The position numbers were made by a program, and so were the translations under genes. A stretch of DNA of 64,000 nt from Bacilli bacterium (GTDB taxonomy: Bacteria; Bacillota_I; Bacilli_A; RFN20; CAG-826): NCBI GenBank assembly GCA_045600585.1, contig JAZRYE010000011.1:10981-74980 (forward strand), written 5' to 3'. Position 1 is the first letter of the stretch, and every line of letters starts with the position of its first letter. This document shows positions 37,900 to 46,588 of this stretch, piece after piece. Below the pieces are notes generated by a model. The model ran no database searches. It had not been told where the DNA came from and was given only the letters and a program-made list of their open reading frames with translations.

Positions 37900-39249
37900 A
37901 TGAAAACAAATTTAAAAACTTTAATATTTATTTCTATATTACCAGTCATGACTCTTGCTTCTTGTGAAAAGGGAAAGCAAGAGCCAACTTTGAGAGTGAC
38001 TAATTTAAGTACCGCTCTTCAATATATGAATAAATATGAGAACTATACTATTGAATATTGGGGTGTAGAAAAAATAGCACATTCCTTTGTCTTTACAGAA
38101 AATTCTATTGGCATTATTTGTGAAGAAAAAGAAGAAACAGAAACTCAATATATCAAAGATAAAGGTGGTATCTATTCCATTTCTTATGAAGAAGGTGAAT
38201 TGATTGCTAGTGAGTATTATAAAGACATTGATGATTTATATAACTGCCCATTACAATACACCTTAAAAGATAAAGCGACAGAATATGTTAATTCGATTAC
38301 AGAAGATGTATCCATTTCTGTTACCGATAAAACATATAAATTAGCTTTATTATCAACATTAGGATATTCTCAAACAGAAATCATGGATATCTCATATATC
38401 GGTGCTTTCTATGATAATAACCAAGTTAAATTTACAATTGGTTATAACAAGACAGAAACCATTTACATCGCTAAAGACTTTGGTAAAACAACAAATCCAA
38501 TTGTTGATGGCTGGCTTAAAAATGGTGGTAAAGCATTTGTTCCTAATTCTACTCAAAATAAGATGAGAGATTTATTTGAGGCAAATAACTATACTCAATT
38601 AGTTTATTCGTTTGGTGAAGATGGTGGGGGATTTGTAATGTCCTACTTATTTAATCCAAATTATTTCGGTGGCAAATACTTATCTAGTAATGTCATTACT
38701 GGAGCAATTGCTATTGATGCAACAGTAAATATCAATGAAGGAACCGATAAAGAACCTCAATACACAAAGTTATATGGTTGCTATAATTATCAAGTTGACT
38801 ATACCGATAAAGTAAATTATCCATATGGTAATCCAACAATATTTACTTACGCACCTTTATATAGCAAACCAGATATTGTTAGCTATTATCATTATCCAAG
38901 CCAAATGAAGTTATTAAGTAACATGCAATATCTTAAGAAATGGAATGAAGAAGCTATTCCAAATAAACAATATGCTCCTGAAGGCGATGAATCTTATGTT
39001 GTTACTAATCAAGAAATGATTAATGACTTTGATCGTAACTTCTCTATTTCTCAATCGTTTGAAGGCGCGAAGGGTTTAGCTATTGGTATTGATATTACTT
39101 ATGGAGAAACAGATTCTGATTATTTAGTTAACTTTATCTATTACTTCTCTTTAGGCGGATTTAAATACATCATGCCAATCCCGTTTGGTAACTTTGGAAC
39201 TAGCTCAATTCCAATTTTGGATTACGTATTATCAACATTTAATGATTAA
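37900..39249 (+). CDS. Lipoprotein of unknown function
   Basis: Lipobox LASC; two NYT-initiated segments (YENYTIEY, ANNYTQLV). Confidence 0.78.
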   Translation: MKTNLKTLIFISILPVMTLASCEKGKQEPTLRVTNLSTALQYMNKYENYTIEYWGVEKIAHSFVFTENSIGIICEEKEETETQYIKDKGGIYSISYEEGELIASEYYKDIDDLYNCPLQYTLKDKATEYVNSITEDVSISVTDKTYKLALLSTLGYSQTEIMDISYIGAFYDNNQVKFTIGYNKTETIYIAKDFGKTTNPIVDGWLKNGGKAFVPNSTQNKMRDLFEANNYTQLVYSFGEDGGGFVMSYLFNPNYFGGKYLSSNVITGAIAIDATVNINEGTDKEPQYTKLYGCYNYQVDYTDKVNYPYGNPTIFTYAPLYSKPDIVSYYHYPSQMKLLSNMQYLKKWNEEAIPNKQYAPEGDESYVVTNQEMINDFDRNFSISQSFEGAKGLAIGIDITYGETDSDYLVNFIYYFSLGGFKYIMPIPFGNFGTSSIPILDYVLSTFND

Positions 39250-39293
39250 AAATATCTATATATCAAAAAACCGATATCAAAAAATTGCAATTT

Positions 39294-39321
39294 AGAGTGG
39301 AAAATATTTCTACTCTTTTTT
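39294..39321 (+). terminator. Intrinsic terminator ending the lipoprotein array
   Basis: AGAGTGGAAA-ata-TTTCTACTCT then a T run. Confidence 0.75.
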
Positions 39322-39489
39322 GTTACTTGGGTTATGATATTTATATAAATAGAGGTTTTTTAGATTTAAATACCCAATATTCTTAACTTTTTTAGTTTTT
39401 GATCATTGATTGAATTTTTGTAATTCTTGCTTTGTTTTTAAATTTAAAAAATGACATTTATCGATTAAATGATATAAAAGGAACTAATT

Positions 39490-40362
39490 ATGGAAGTTTA
39501 CACAAAAAAGACAATTGATTACTGCCCTTATTCCGCGATGATTTTTTTACCACCTGAACTTTTACATTTAACAACTTTTTATAAAATATCTTTTATTGAA
39601 AGAGGTTCATGTACATTAAATATCTTTTCTCAAGAAGGAAAATCAATTAAATCAATTGAACTTCATGAGAACGATGCTTTTATCGTTCCTGCTTTTGTTG
39701 CAACTGGTTATCAACTTAAAGGATGTAAGAATTATTTACATCGTGATATCTATGTTGATGAGAATGAGATAAAAGAACTTTGTTCTATATTATCCCCTAA
39801 TTTATTTGATGAAATATCATCATATGATGTTCAAGTATTTAGAATCAGCTCCCCTGCTTTAATTTATTACGCAGAAAGAGCATCTCTTTTAATCGGCCAA
39901 GAAATAACAAAAGAAAAAGACTATATCCATAAAGCGTTAATTATTGATTTATTAGGATACTTTATGTCAAACAAAGCTCAAAAAGACGCTACCCCATTAT
40001 GGATTAATACATTATTAAGAAATTTAGATGATGAATCATTTGTTATTAAATCCATTTCAGAAATGGTTAAAACAACAAACTATTCACATGGTTATGTTAA
40101 CCGTGAATTTAAAAAATATATGAATTGCTCTTTAAAGAGTTATGTTAATGGAAGAAAGCTTGCCTTCTCTTCTGTTATGCTTGCTACTACTAATATATCG
40201 TTACAAGAAATTGTTGATCGTTTAGGTTTTACAACAACTAGTAACTTTATCAATGTATTTAAAGCAAAATACGGAATTACCCCTGCTAAATATAGAAGAA
40301 GTCAAGGTGCTTCTATTAGTCAAGATACCTACCAAGAGTGGGGCGAAGTATCTAAAAGATAA
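39490..40362 (+). CDS. AraC-family transcriptional regulator
   Basis: Cupin-like N-terminus; EIVDRLGFTTTSNFINVFKAKYGITPAKYR. Confidence 0.92.
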   Translation: MEVYTKKTIDYCPYSAMIFLPPELLHLTTFYKISFIERGSCTLNIFSQEGKSIKSIELHENDAFIVPAFVATGYQLKGCKNYLHRDIYVDENEIKELCSILSPNLFDEISSYDVQVFRISSPALIYYAERASLLIGQEITKEKDYIHKALIIDLLGYFMSNKAQKDATPLWINTLLRNLDDESFVIKSISEMVKTTNYSHGYVNREFKKYMNCSLKSYVNGRKLAFSSVMLATTNISLQEIVDRLGFTTTSNFINVFKAKYGITPAKYRRSQGASISQDTYQEWGEVSKR

Positions 40363-40400
40363 TATATTATTGTTCTAATATTATTTAGAGGTTTTTTAAG

Positions 40401-41468
40401 ATGGATTATAAATATAATAGGGATTTATATATTAAACCTGTTTACGAAGGCGAAATCGCCTATTTTGAAACAGCATTATTTGTTGGCAAAGATGAAGAGA
40501 AATCTTTATTATTCCCAATTAAGAAAATTATATCTGTCAGAAACTTTGGTTTAGATAAAGAATACATTGAGAATAAAGATTACATTTTTAAAGATGGAAA
40601 ACTTTATTTAACAGAAAATACATCAATCCCATATTTTGAAGTCGATGAATATTACATTGATAAACCAGAAGATCCAGTTATTCAAATCGGTGTAGTTAAT
40701 GAAAGATGTAAAAGAAAATTTACTACTCAAAAATATTTAAAATATAGAGAAAAAGATTTCTTTACATCTCGTCAAATCGCAGTTACTTATGTCCATGATG
40801 ATTCTTGGAAAGATTATGTTCCAACTTATCAAGGTAATAAGGTTTCTAGATTTATAAAAAAATTAGAAAATAAGAAACCTGCAACAATATTATTTTATGG
40901 TGATTCTATTACTACTGGCTGTAACGCAAGTGGAGTAGAAACTGGTGGAATAGTTAAGCCATATTGTGAGATGTGGCCAGTAATGGTTACTAAATATTTA
41001 GAAGATAAATATCAAACCAAAATCAATTATGTTAATACCGCGGTAGGTGGTATGAATACAATTTGGGGTGTTGATAATGTTAAAGAAAGAGTTGTTAAGT
41101 ATAAACCAGATTTAGTTGTTATCGCTTTTGGTATGAATGATCCATGCTTATCAAATGATGCATTTAAATCTCAAATTATGAGTATGGTAAATGCTATTGA
41201 AGCGGATAATCCAAATGTTGAATTTTTATTAATCGCAACAACAGTTCCAAATACAGAATCGAATTGGTATGGCAATCAATGTAAATATATCGAAGCTTTA
41301 AAAGAAATAAATAAAGATAATGTTGCAATAGTTGATATGACATCTATGCATTTAGCGTTATTAAAATATAAATCATTTAAGGATATGACTGGTAATAATA
41401 TTAACCATCCAAATGATTATTTAGTTAGGGTATATGCATCAAGCATTATTAAAACGATTTTAAAATGA
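40401..41468 (+). CDS. SGNH/GDSL-family hydrolase (esterase)
   Basis: GDSI (block I), NTAVGG (II), FGMND (III), NHPND (V). Confidence 0.9.
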   Translation: MDYKYNRDLYIKPVYEGEIAYFETALFVGKDEEKSLLFPIKKIISVRNFGLDKEYIENKDYIFKDGKLYLTENTSIPYFEVDEYYIDKPEDPVIQIGVVNERCKRKFTTQKYLKYREKDFFTSRQIAVTYVHDDSWKDYVPTYQGNKVSRFIKKLENKKPATILFYGDSITTGCNASGVETGGIVKPYCEMWPVMVTKYLEDKYQTKINYVNTAVGGMNTIWGVDNVKERVVKYKPDLVVIAFGMNDPCLSNDAFKSQIMSMVNAIEADNPNVEFLLIATTVPNTESNWYGNQCKYIEALKEINKDNVAIVDMTSMHLALLKYKSFKDMTGNNINHPNDYLVRVYASSIIKTILK

Positions 41469-42565
41469 ATAAAGAATTAATTATTAACCATATAAAAGAA
41501 TTAGTAGATTCTAATAAAGTAGCAGGAGCATCTTTAATCATTTCAAAAGATGATGAAGTAATCCTTAATTTTAACTATGGTTTAGCTAATATTGAAAAAG
41601 GCTATCCAATTACAGATAACAGTGTTTTTCGTCTTGCATCTATGACCAAACCAGTAACTGCAGTTGCTGTATTAAAAGCACAAGAATTAGGATTATTAAA
41701 AATCACTGATTATATAGATCAATATTTACCATTTTTAAAAGACTTTGTTATTAAAGACGATAAAGGTAATATCGTTGATAATAATAAATATCGAATAACA
41801 ATTGAACAAATATTACATCACTCTAGTGGATTAGGATGTAATCCAACATGTACAAAAGAATATAGTGAAGCATTAGCTAAATCTAAAACATTAGAAGAAC
41901 TAGTAAATAACTATCAAGGTTTTAGTGTGGAATTTATTCCTGGAACTAGAAATGATTATTCTCCATGTGCAGGACTTGATATATTAGCAAGAATTATTGA
42001 AGTAACATCAAAGATGAAATACTTCGAATTTATTAAGAAATACATTCTTGATCCATTAGATATGACTCATACAAGTTATAACTATTCTAATGTTAATGAT
42101 GTTGATAAAGTTATTACCTATAAATATGAGGATGATAAATTATCAGTCTTTGGTGATATTAATCAAACATTTGACAATTTCCCATTTGATTTAAATGGTG
42201 GTGGTGCCGGATTAATATCAACAAAGAATGATTATCTTCATTTTGCCTCTATGTTAACTAATAAAGGTATTTATAAAGGAATAAGAATCTTAACTGAAGA
42301 TAGCATTAAACAAATGACTTCTACTTGGGTTAAAGAAACACCTTGGGGATCTTTTGATACCTGGGGTTTAGCGGTTCATGTAAGAGAAAAGCCGTGGACA
42401 AAAATTGCTAAGAACTCATTTGGTTGGTCAGGAGCTTTTGGTACGCATTTCTGGAGTGATCCAACTAATAAAATAACAGTTGTCTATATGCATAACTCAT
42501 CTACCTTTGGAGGAGCAGGAGCAAAACATATGGAACAACTTGAAAATGATGTATATACAGAATAG
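41465..42565 (+). CDS. Serine hydrolase, beta-lactamase class C/esterase VIII fold
   Basis: ASMTK (SxxK), LHHSSGL, YS, GGAGL, FGWSGAFGT; no signal peptide. Confidence 0.9.
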   Translation: MNKELIINHIKELVDSNKVAGASLIISKDDEVILNFNYGLANIEKGYPITDNSVFRLASMTKPVTAVAVLKAQELGLLKITDYIDQYLPFLKDFVIKDDKGNIVDNNKYRITIEQILHHSSGLGCNPTCTKEYSEALAKSKTLEELVNNYQGFSVEFIPGTRNDYSPCAGLDILARIIEVTSKMKYFEFIKKYILDPLDMTHTSYNYSNVNDVDKVITYKYEDDKLSVFGDINQTFDNFPFDLNGGGAGLISTKNDYLHFASMLTNKGIYKGIRILTEDSIKQMTSTWVKETPWGSFDTWGLAVHVREKPWTKIAKNSFGWSGAFGTHFWSDPTNKITVVYMHNSSTFGGAGAKHMEQLENDVYTE

Positions 42566-42585
42566 ATAGCTAGCCTATCTTTTTT
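42564..42585 (+). terminator. Intrinsic terminator
   Basis: AGATAG-ctagc-CTATCT then a T run. Confidence 0.65.
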
Positions 42586-42664
42586 GTTAGATACGATTTT
42601 TCCGATATTTATTGATTAAAGAATAATTATTAAATTATTATGTATTTGTAAGGAGGTAAAAGGT

Positions 42665-43147
42665 ATGAATATGATTTTCGTAGATACAGCATCATTTAAT
42701 GTCGAATCAATAATGCCTTTTATTTGGTTAGGCATTATTGTTCTTGCAACTATATTAGAGTTTGCTACTGCTGAATTAGTATCAGTATGGTTCATCTTTG
42801 CGGGAATAGTATCAATGATATTATCCTTTATTCCGGGAATACCCTATTTTGTTGAGATTATAGTATTTGTCGTCTTATCAGTATTACAAATCATCTTCTT
42901 AAGAAAAGTATTCAAGAAATTATTTAAAAGCAAAGTATTCAAAAGCAATTCTGATAGCATGATTGGTCAAATTGTTCCTGTTATATCTGATATCAAACCT
43001 TTAGAGTTAGGTGAGATTAAATATAAAGGTATTATTTGGTCCGCAGAAAGCGAAGAAGAAATTAAAGCTGGTACTTATGTTGTTATTAAATCTATTGAAG
43101 GAAATAGATTAAAAGTTCAAAAAGATAGTAGTGTGAAAGGAGAATAA
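42665..43147 (+). CDS. NfeD-family membrane protein
   Basis: N-terminal TM helices plus OB-fold tail GEIKYKGIIWSA...IEGNRLKV; adjacent to an SPFH gene. Confidence 0.9.
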   Translation: MNMIFVDTASFNVESIMPFIWLGIIVLATILEFATAELVSVWFIFAGIVSMILSFIPGIPYFVEIIVFVVLSVLQIIFLRKVFKKLFKSKVFKSNSDSMIGQIVPVISDIKPLELGEIKYKGIIWSAESEEEIKAGTYVVIKSIEGNRLKVQKDSSVKGE

Positions 43148-43152
43148 TCAAT

Positions 43153-44076
43153 ATGATCGCATTATTTATTTGTTTAGGTGTATTACTATTTATCGCACTT
43201 ATCGTGTTCTTATCATGTATTAAGATTGTTAATCAAACAGAAAAGAGCATTGTTGAAAGACTTGGTAGATATAAAAGAACTTTAGAACCAGGTATCCATT
43301 TAATTGCTCCATTTGTTGATAAGATTTCTCAAAAAGTATCAATGAAGGAACAAGTTAAAGACTTCCAACCTCAAGCTGTTATTACAAAAGATAACGTTAC
43401 AATGCAAATTGACACAGTTGTCTTCTATCAAGTAACTGATTCTAAACTCTACACTTATGGTGTTGAAAATCCTGTATACGCGTTAGATAACTTAACTGCT
43501 ACAACATTAAGAAACGTCATTGGTGAACTTGATCTTGATGAAACATTAACATCAAGAGATATCATCAATAATAAGATGAGATTAATTCTTGATGAAGCTA
43601 CTGACCCATGGGGTATTAAAGTTAACCGTGTTGAAGTTAAAAACATTATCCCTCCAAAGGATATTCGTGAAGCAATGGAACGTCAAATGCGTGCAGAAAG
43701 AGAAAAAAGAGAACAAATCTTACTTGCTGAAGGTAAAAAACAATCCGCGATTCTCATTGCTGAAGGTAATAAAGAATCTGCAATCTTAAACGCAGAAGCT
43801 GAAAAACAAACAAAAATTAAACACGCGGAAGGTGAAGCAACCGCTATCTTGAGCTTAAAAGAAGCAGAAGCTAAAGGTATCTTACTTGTTAGAGAAGCTG
43901 AAGCCAATGGCTTAAAAGCTCTTAAAGAAGCAGGTGCAGACGAAGCAGTGTTAAAGCTCAAATCTTACGAAGCAATGCAAAAAGTTGCTGATGGACAAGC
44001 AACAAAAATCATTATTCCTAGTGATATGACAAACATGGCTTCTCTTGCAACTTCTATAAAAGAGATAGTTAAATAA
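43153..44076 (+). CDS. SPFH/stomatin-like (QmcA/paraslipin) membrane protein
   Basis: VERLGRY, ITKDNV, LRNVIGELDLDETLTSR, WGIKVNRVE, AMERQMRAERE. Confidence 0.95.
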   Translation: MIALFICLGVLLFIALIVFLSCIKIVNQTEKSIVERLGRYKRTLEPGIHLIAPFVDKISQKVSMKEQVKDFQPQAVITKDNVTMQIDTVVFYQVTDSKLYTYGVENPVYALDNLTATTLRNVIGELDLDETLTSRDIINNKMRLILDEATDPWGIKVNRVEVKNIIPPKDIREAMERQMRAEREKREQILLAEGKKQSAILIAEGNKESAILNAEAEKQTKIKHAEGEATAILSLKEAEAKGILLVREAEANGLKALKEAGADEAVLKLKSYEAMQKVADGQATKIIIPSDMTNMASLATSIKEIVK

Positions 44077-44098
44077 CAAATAAGTAGTAAAAAATATT

Positions 44099-44156
44099 GT
44101 TAATGCGTCATCGTTTTTTATAAACATGTAAAAAACCTCCTAGATGATGCATTAAC
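44099..44156. other. Long intergenic hairpin with a 6-nt bulge; minus strand carries AGGAGG-N8-ATG
   Basis: GTTAATGCGTCATC-GTTTTTTA-8 nt loop-TAAAAAAC-[CTCCTA]-GATGATGCATTAAC followed by a T run. Confidence 0.7.
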
Positions 44157-44308
44157 TTTTTTAATACTATTTTTATCATTTATTGAACTATTCAATTAAG
44201 ATGCAATAGATTTATCTATCAATAGATTTTTTGTGAGTTGTCATATTTTTGTTATTTGTATATAATTCAATTGATAGTTTTTTAAAGAATAGGTTAAGGG
44301 AGATTAAC

Positions 44309-45088
44309 ATGGAAGAAACACCAATTAATCAAAATGTCCAATCTGAAAACGAAGGATTATCGTTAAAAGACATATTCTACATTATCAAAAAGCATTTATT
44401 AGCAATCTGCTTATTTGTTGTTGTTGCTACTGGTGCTGGTTTTGGTTTAGGCAAAGTTAAAAATAAAATATCACCTCAATATACAAGCCACGCAACTATG
44501 ATGGTTTCCGTTGATGAAGGTGTATCTTTAACACAAGGTTATACATATTCTAAATATATTTCAGAAACAGTTGCTGTCTTATTAAAAGAAGACGCTGTTA
44601 TTGATCCAGTTGCACAAGAATTAGGTATGAGAAGTTCAACAATTAAAAAGAACTTATCTGCTAACTTAATTCAAGACACTTTAATTATTAGAGTTTCTTA
44701 TACATGCACAAATCCAAATGAAGCAATTACCATTATTAATAAAGTATGTGATTCAGCAGTTACAATTGCTAACTTACCTGATCCAGTTGATCCATCTAAA
44801 GATAAATATCCTTTATTACATGGTAACATTGCTCCCGTAACTTACGCTGATAACAGCAAAGTCACATTAGCATCTGTTACAAAGAAATATACATTAATCG
44901 CTTTTGCAGCAGGTGTAGTTCTTGCAGCAGCATATGTTGTAATTAGAGAAATGTTTGATAACTCATTTAAGAGCAACGCAGAAATTGAAAGAGAACTTGG
45001 TATGCCAGTTCTTGCTAATATCCCATCTTATGAAATCAAAGACTTAGAAGAGATTCATAAGGAAAAAGAAATGGGAGGTAAGAAATAA
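44309..45088 (+). CDS. Polysaccharide co-polymerase / chain-length regulator (CpsC/Wzd/YveK-like)
   Basis: Two TM segments, PQYTS motif, C-terminal DNSFKS..EIERELGMPVLANIP kinase-activating tail. Confidence 0.88.
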   Translation: MEETPINQNVQSENEGLSLKDIFYIIKKHLLAICLFVVVATGAGFGLGKVKNKISPQYTSHATMMVSVDEGVSLTQGYTYSKYISETVAVLLKEDAVIDPVAQELGMRSSTIKKNLSANLIQDTLIIRVSYTCTNPNEAITIINKVCDSAVTIANLPDPVDPSKDKYPLLHGNIAPVTYADNSKVTLASVTKKYTLIAFAAGVVLAAAYVVIREMFDNSFKSNAEIERELGMPVLANIPSYEIKDLEEIHKEKEMGGKK

Positions 45089-45897
45089 TGAAATTCCATT
45101 TTAAAAGAAGAGTAAAATCTACAAGCGCATCAAATCCTCGTTATCGTGTTATTACTTCTTTAAAGCCAGACAGCATGGCTGCTGAAGCTTATAGAAGAAT
45201 TAAGGTCGGTCTTGAATATAGTGAAGTTGATAAAAAGCTTCAAGTCATTCAAGTCTGTTCCGCTTCCCAAGGTGAAGGTAAGACAACAATGTTATTAAAT
45301 GTTGCCGCTACTTATCACGAAGAAAATAAAAAAGTCATCGTCGTTGACCTTGACTTCAGAAGACCAAAGGTTCATAGAGCATTCTCTATTGAAGATAAAA
45401 ATGGTGTTACTGATTACTTAACTGGAAAGATAACACTAGAAGAAGCTATTAAACATTCTAATGTATTAGGCTTTGATTGTTTAAATAGAGGTTCTAAGAC
45501 ACCTTATCCAAACGCTTTAATCGGTAGTGTAGAAATGAAGAACTTATTCGCTAAATTAAAGGAAATGTACGACATTATCCTTGTCGACTGTCCTCCAGCT
45601 TTAGCGGTATCTGATTCATCATCTATTGCTCCATTAACAGATGGATGCATATTCGTAATTAACAAGAAAGTAACTGACAAAAATGCTGCAAAGGAGGCAG
45701 TAAAGTTACTAAGACAGTCTGGTGTTAACTTATTAGGCACAGTTTTCCTTGGAATTGATGAAAAGGATAGATATTATTCATCTAAGTATTACGGTAAATA
45801 TTACCGTGGCTATTATGGCTATAGAGATAGACAAGATAGCTCAGATACACCAGAACAAGAAGTAGAGACAGAAGAAAAGAAAGAAGAATCAAAGTAA
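45088..45897 (+). CDS. cpsD: BY-kinase (CpsD/CapB/Wze-like tyrosine kinase)
   Basis: EAYR, Walker A GEGKT, DLDFRRP, ILVDCPP, C-terminal Tyr cluster YYSSKYYGKYYRGYYGY. Confidence 0.92.
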   Translation: MKFHFKRRVKSTSASNPRYRVITSLKPDSMAAEAYRRIKVGLEYSEVDKKLQVIQVCSASQGEGKTTMLLNVAATYHEENKKVIVVDLDFRRPKVHRAFSIEDKNGVTDYLTGKITLEEAIKHSNVLGFDCLNRGSKTPYPNALIGSVEMKNLFAKLKEMYDIILVDCPPALAVSDSSSIAPLTDGCIFVINKKVTDKNAAKEAVKLLRQSGVNLLGTVFLGIDEKDRYYSSKYYGKYYRGYYGYRDRQDSSDTPEQEVETEEKKEESK

Positions 45898-45920
45898 TTA
45901 TCGAAGGGAGTTAATATAAT

Positions 45921-46583
45921 ATGCTTGATATTCATTCACATATTATACCTAACGTCGATGATGGTTCATCTTCCATGTCTACTTCAATAAAGATGCTTAA
46001 AGAAGAAGTAGAGAATGGGGTAACAGAAGTTATCCTCACACCTCATTACTTCTTTAAGAAATATAGTTGTGAAGTTCGTAAGCTCAAAGCCGCTTATAAT
46101 GAACTAGTAAGTGTAGTGGAAAAGGAAAACATTCCTTTGAAATTATACTTAGGCCAAGAAATATATTTTACCAATAGAGTGGATCTCGTAGATATGCTCA
46201 ATAAAGGCGAAATCCTAACTCTAAATGGTACCCAGCACGTCTTATTAGAATTCAACCTTGCAAAAGAAGTTGAAGACTTATCCGAGGCGATATATAACTT
46301 CACAAGGTGCGGTTATCAAGTAATTGTAGCCCACGTTGAGCGATATACCTGGATTACTAAAGAAAAAGTAAACCAAATGATTAATGAGGGAGCGTTAATT
46401 CAAGTTAACGCAGAATCATTACTCGGCAGAAACGGCATTAAAGTTAAATTGTTTTCTCAATCTATAGTTCGTAGAGGAATGGTTAACTTTATTGCTAGTG
46501 ATGTTCATTCATTTAAGAAAAACGAATTAGCAAAAGCTAATAAAAGATTTAGTAAATATATTAAAGAAGTTAAATTATTTTAA
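45921..46583 (+). CDS. cpsB: PHP-family protein tyrosine phosphatase (CpsB/CapC)
   Basis: DIHSHIIPNVDDG, TPH, AHVERY, IASDVH. Confidence 0.92.
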   Translation: MLDIHSHIIPNVDDGSSSMSTSIKMLKEEVENGVTEVILTPHYFFKKYSCEVRKLKAAYNELVSVVEKENIPLKLYLGQEIYFTNRVDLVDMLNKGEILTLNGTQHVLLEFNLAKEVEDLSEAIYNFTRCGYQVIVAHVERYTWITKEKVNQMINEGALIQVNAESLLGRNGIKVKLFSQSIVRRGMVNFIASDVHSFKKNELAKANKRFSKYIKEVKLF

Positions 46584-46588
46584 TTAAT

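Noticed and set aside
13576-39249. Phase-variable lipoprotein shufflon (vsa/vsp-like)
   Set aside because: All genes co-oriented with their own distinct signal peptides; no recombinase or shared inversion sites seen
41465-42565. Beta-lactam resistance gene
   Set aside because: No signal peptide; coupled to an SGNH esterase; family VIII esterase-like motifs fit better
44182-44229. ATTGAA-cta-TTCAAT palindrome and CAATAGATTT direct repeat upstream of cpsC as operators
   Set aside because: Short and very AT-rich with no second occurrence noticed; cannot be separated from chance
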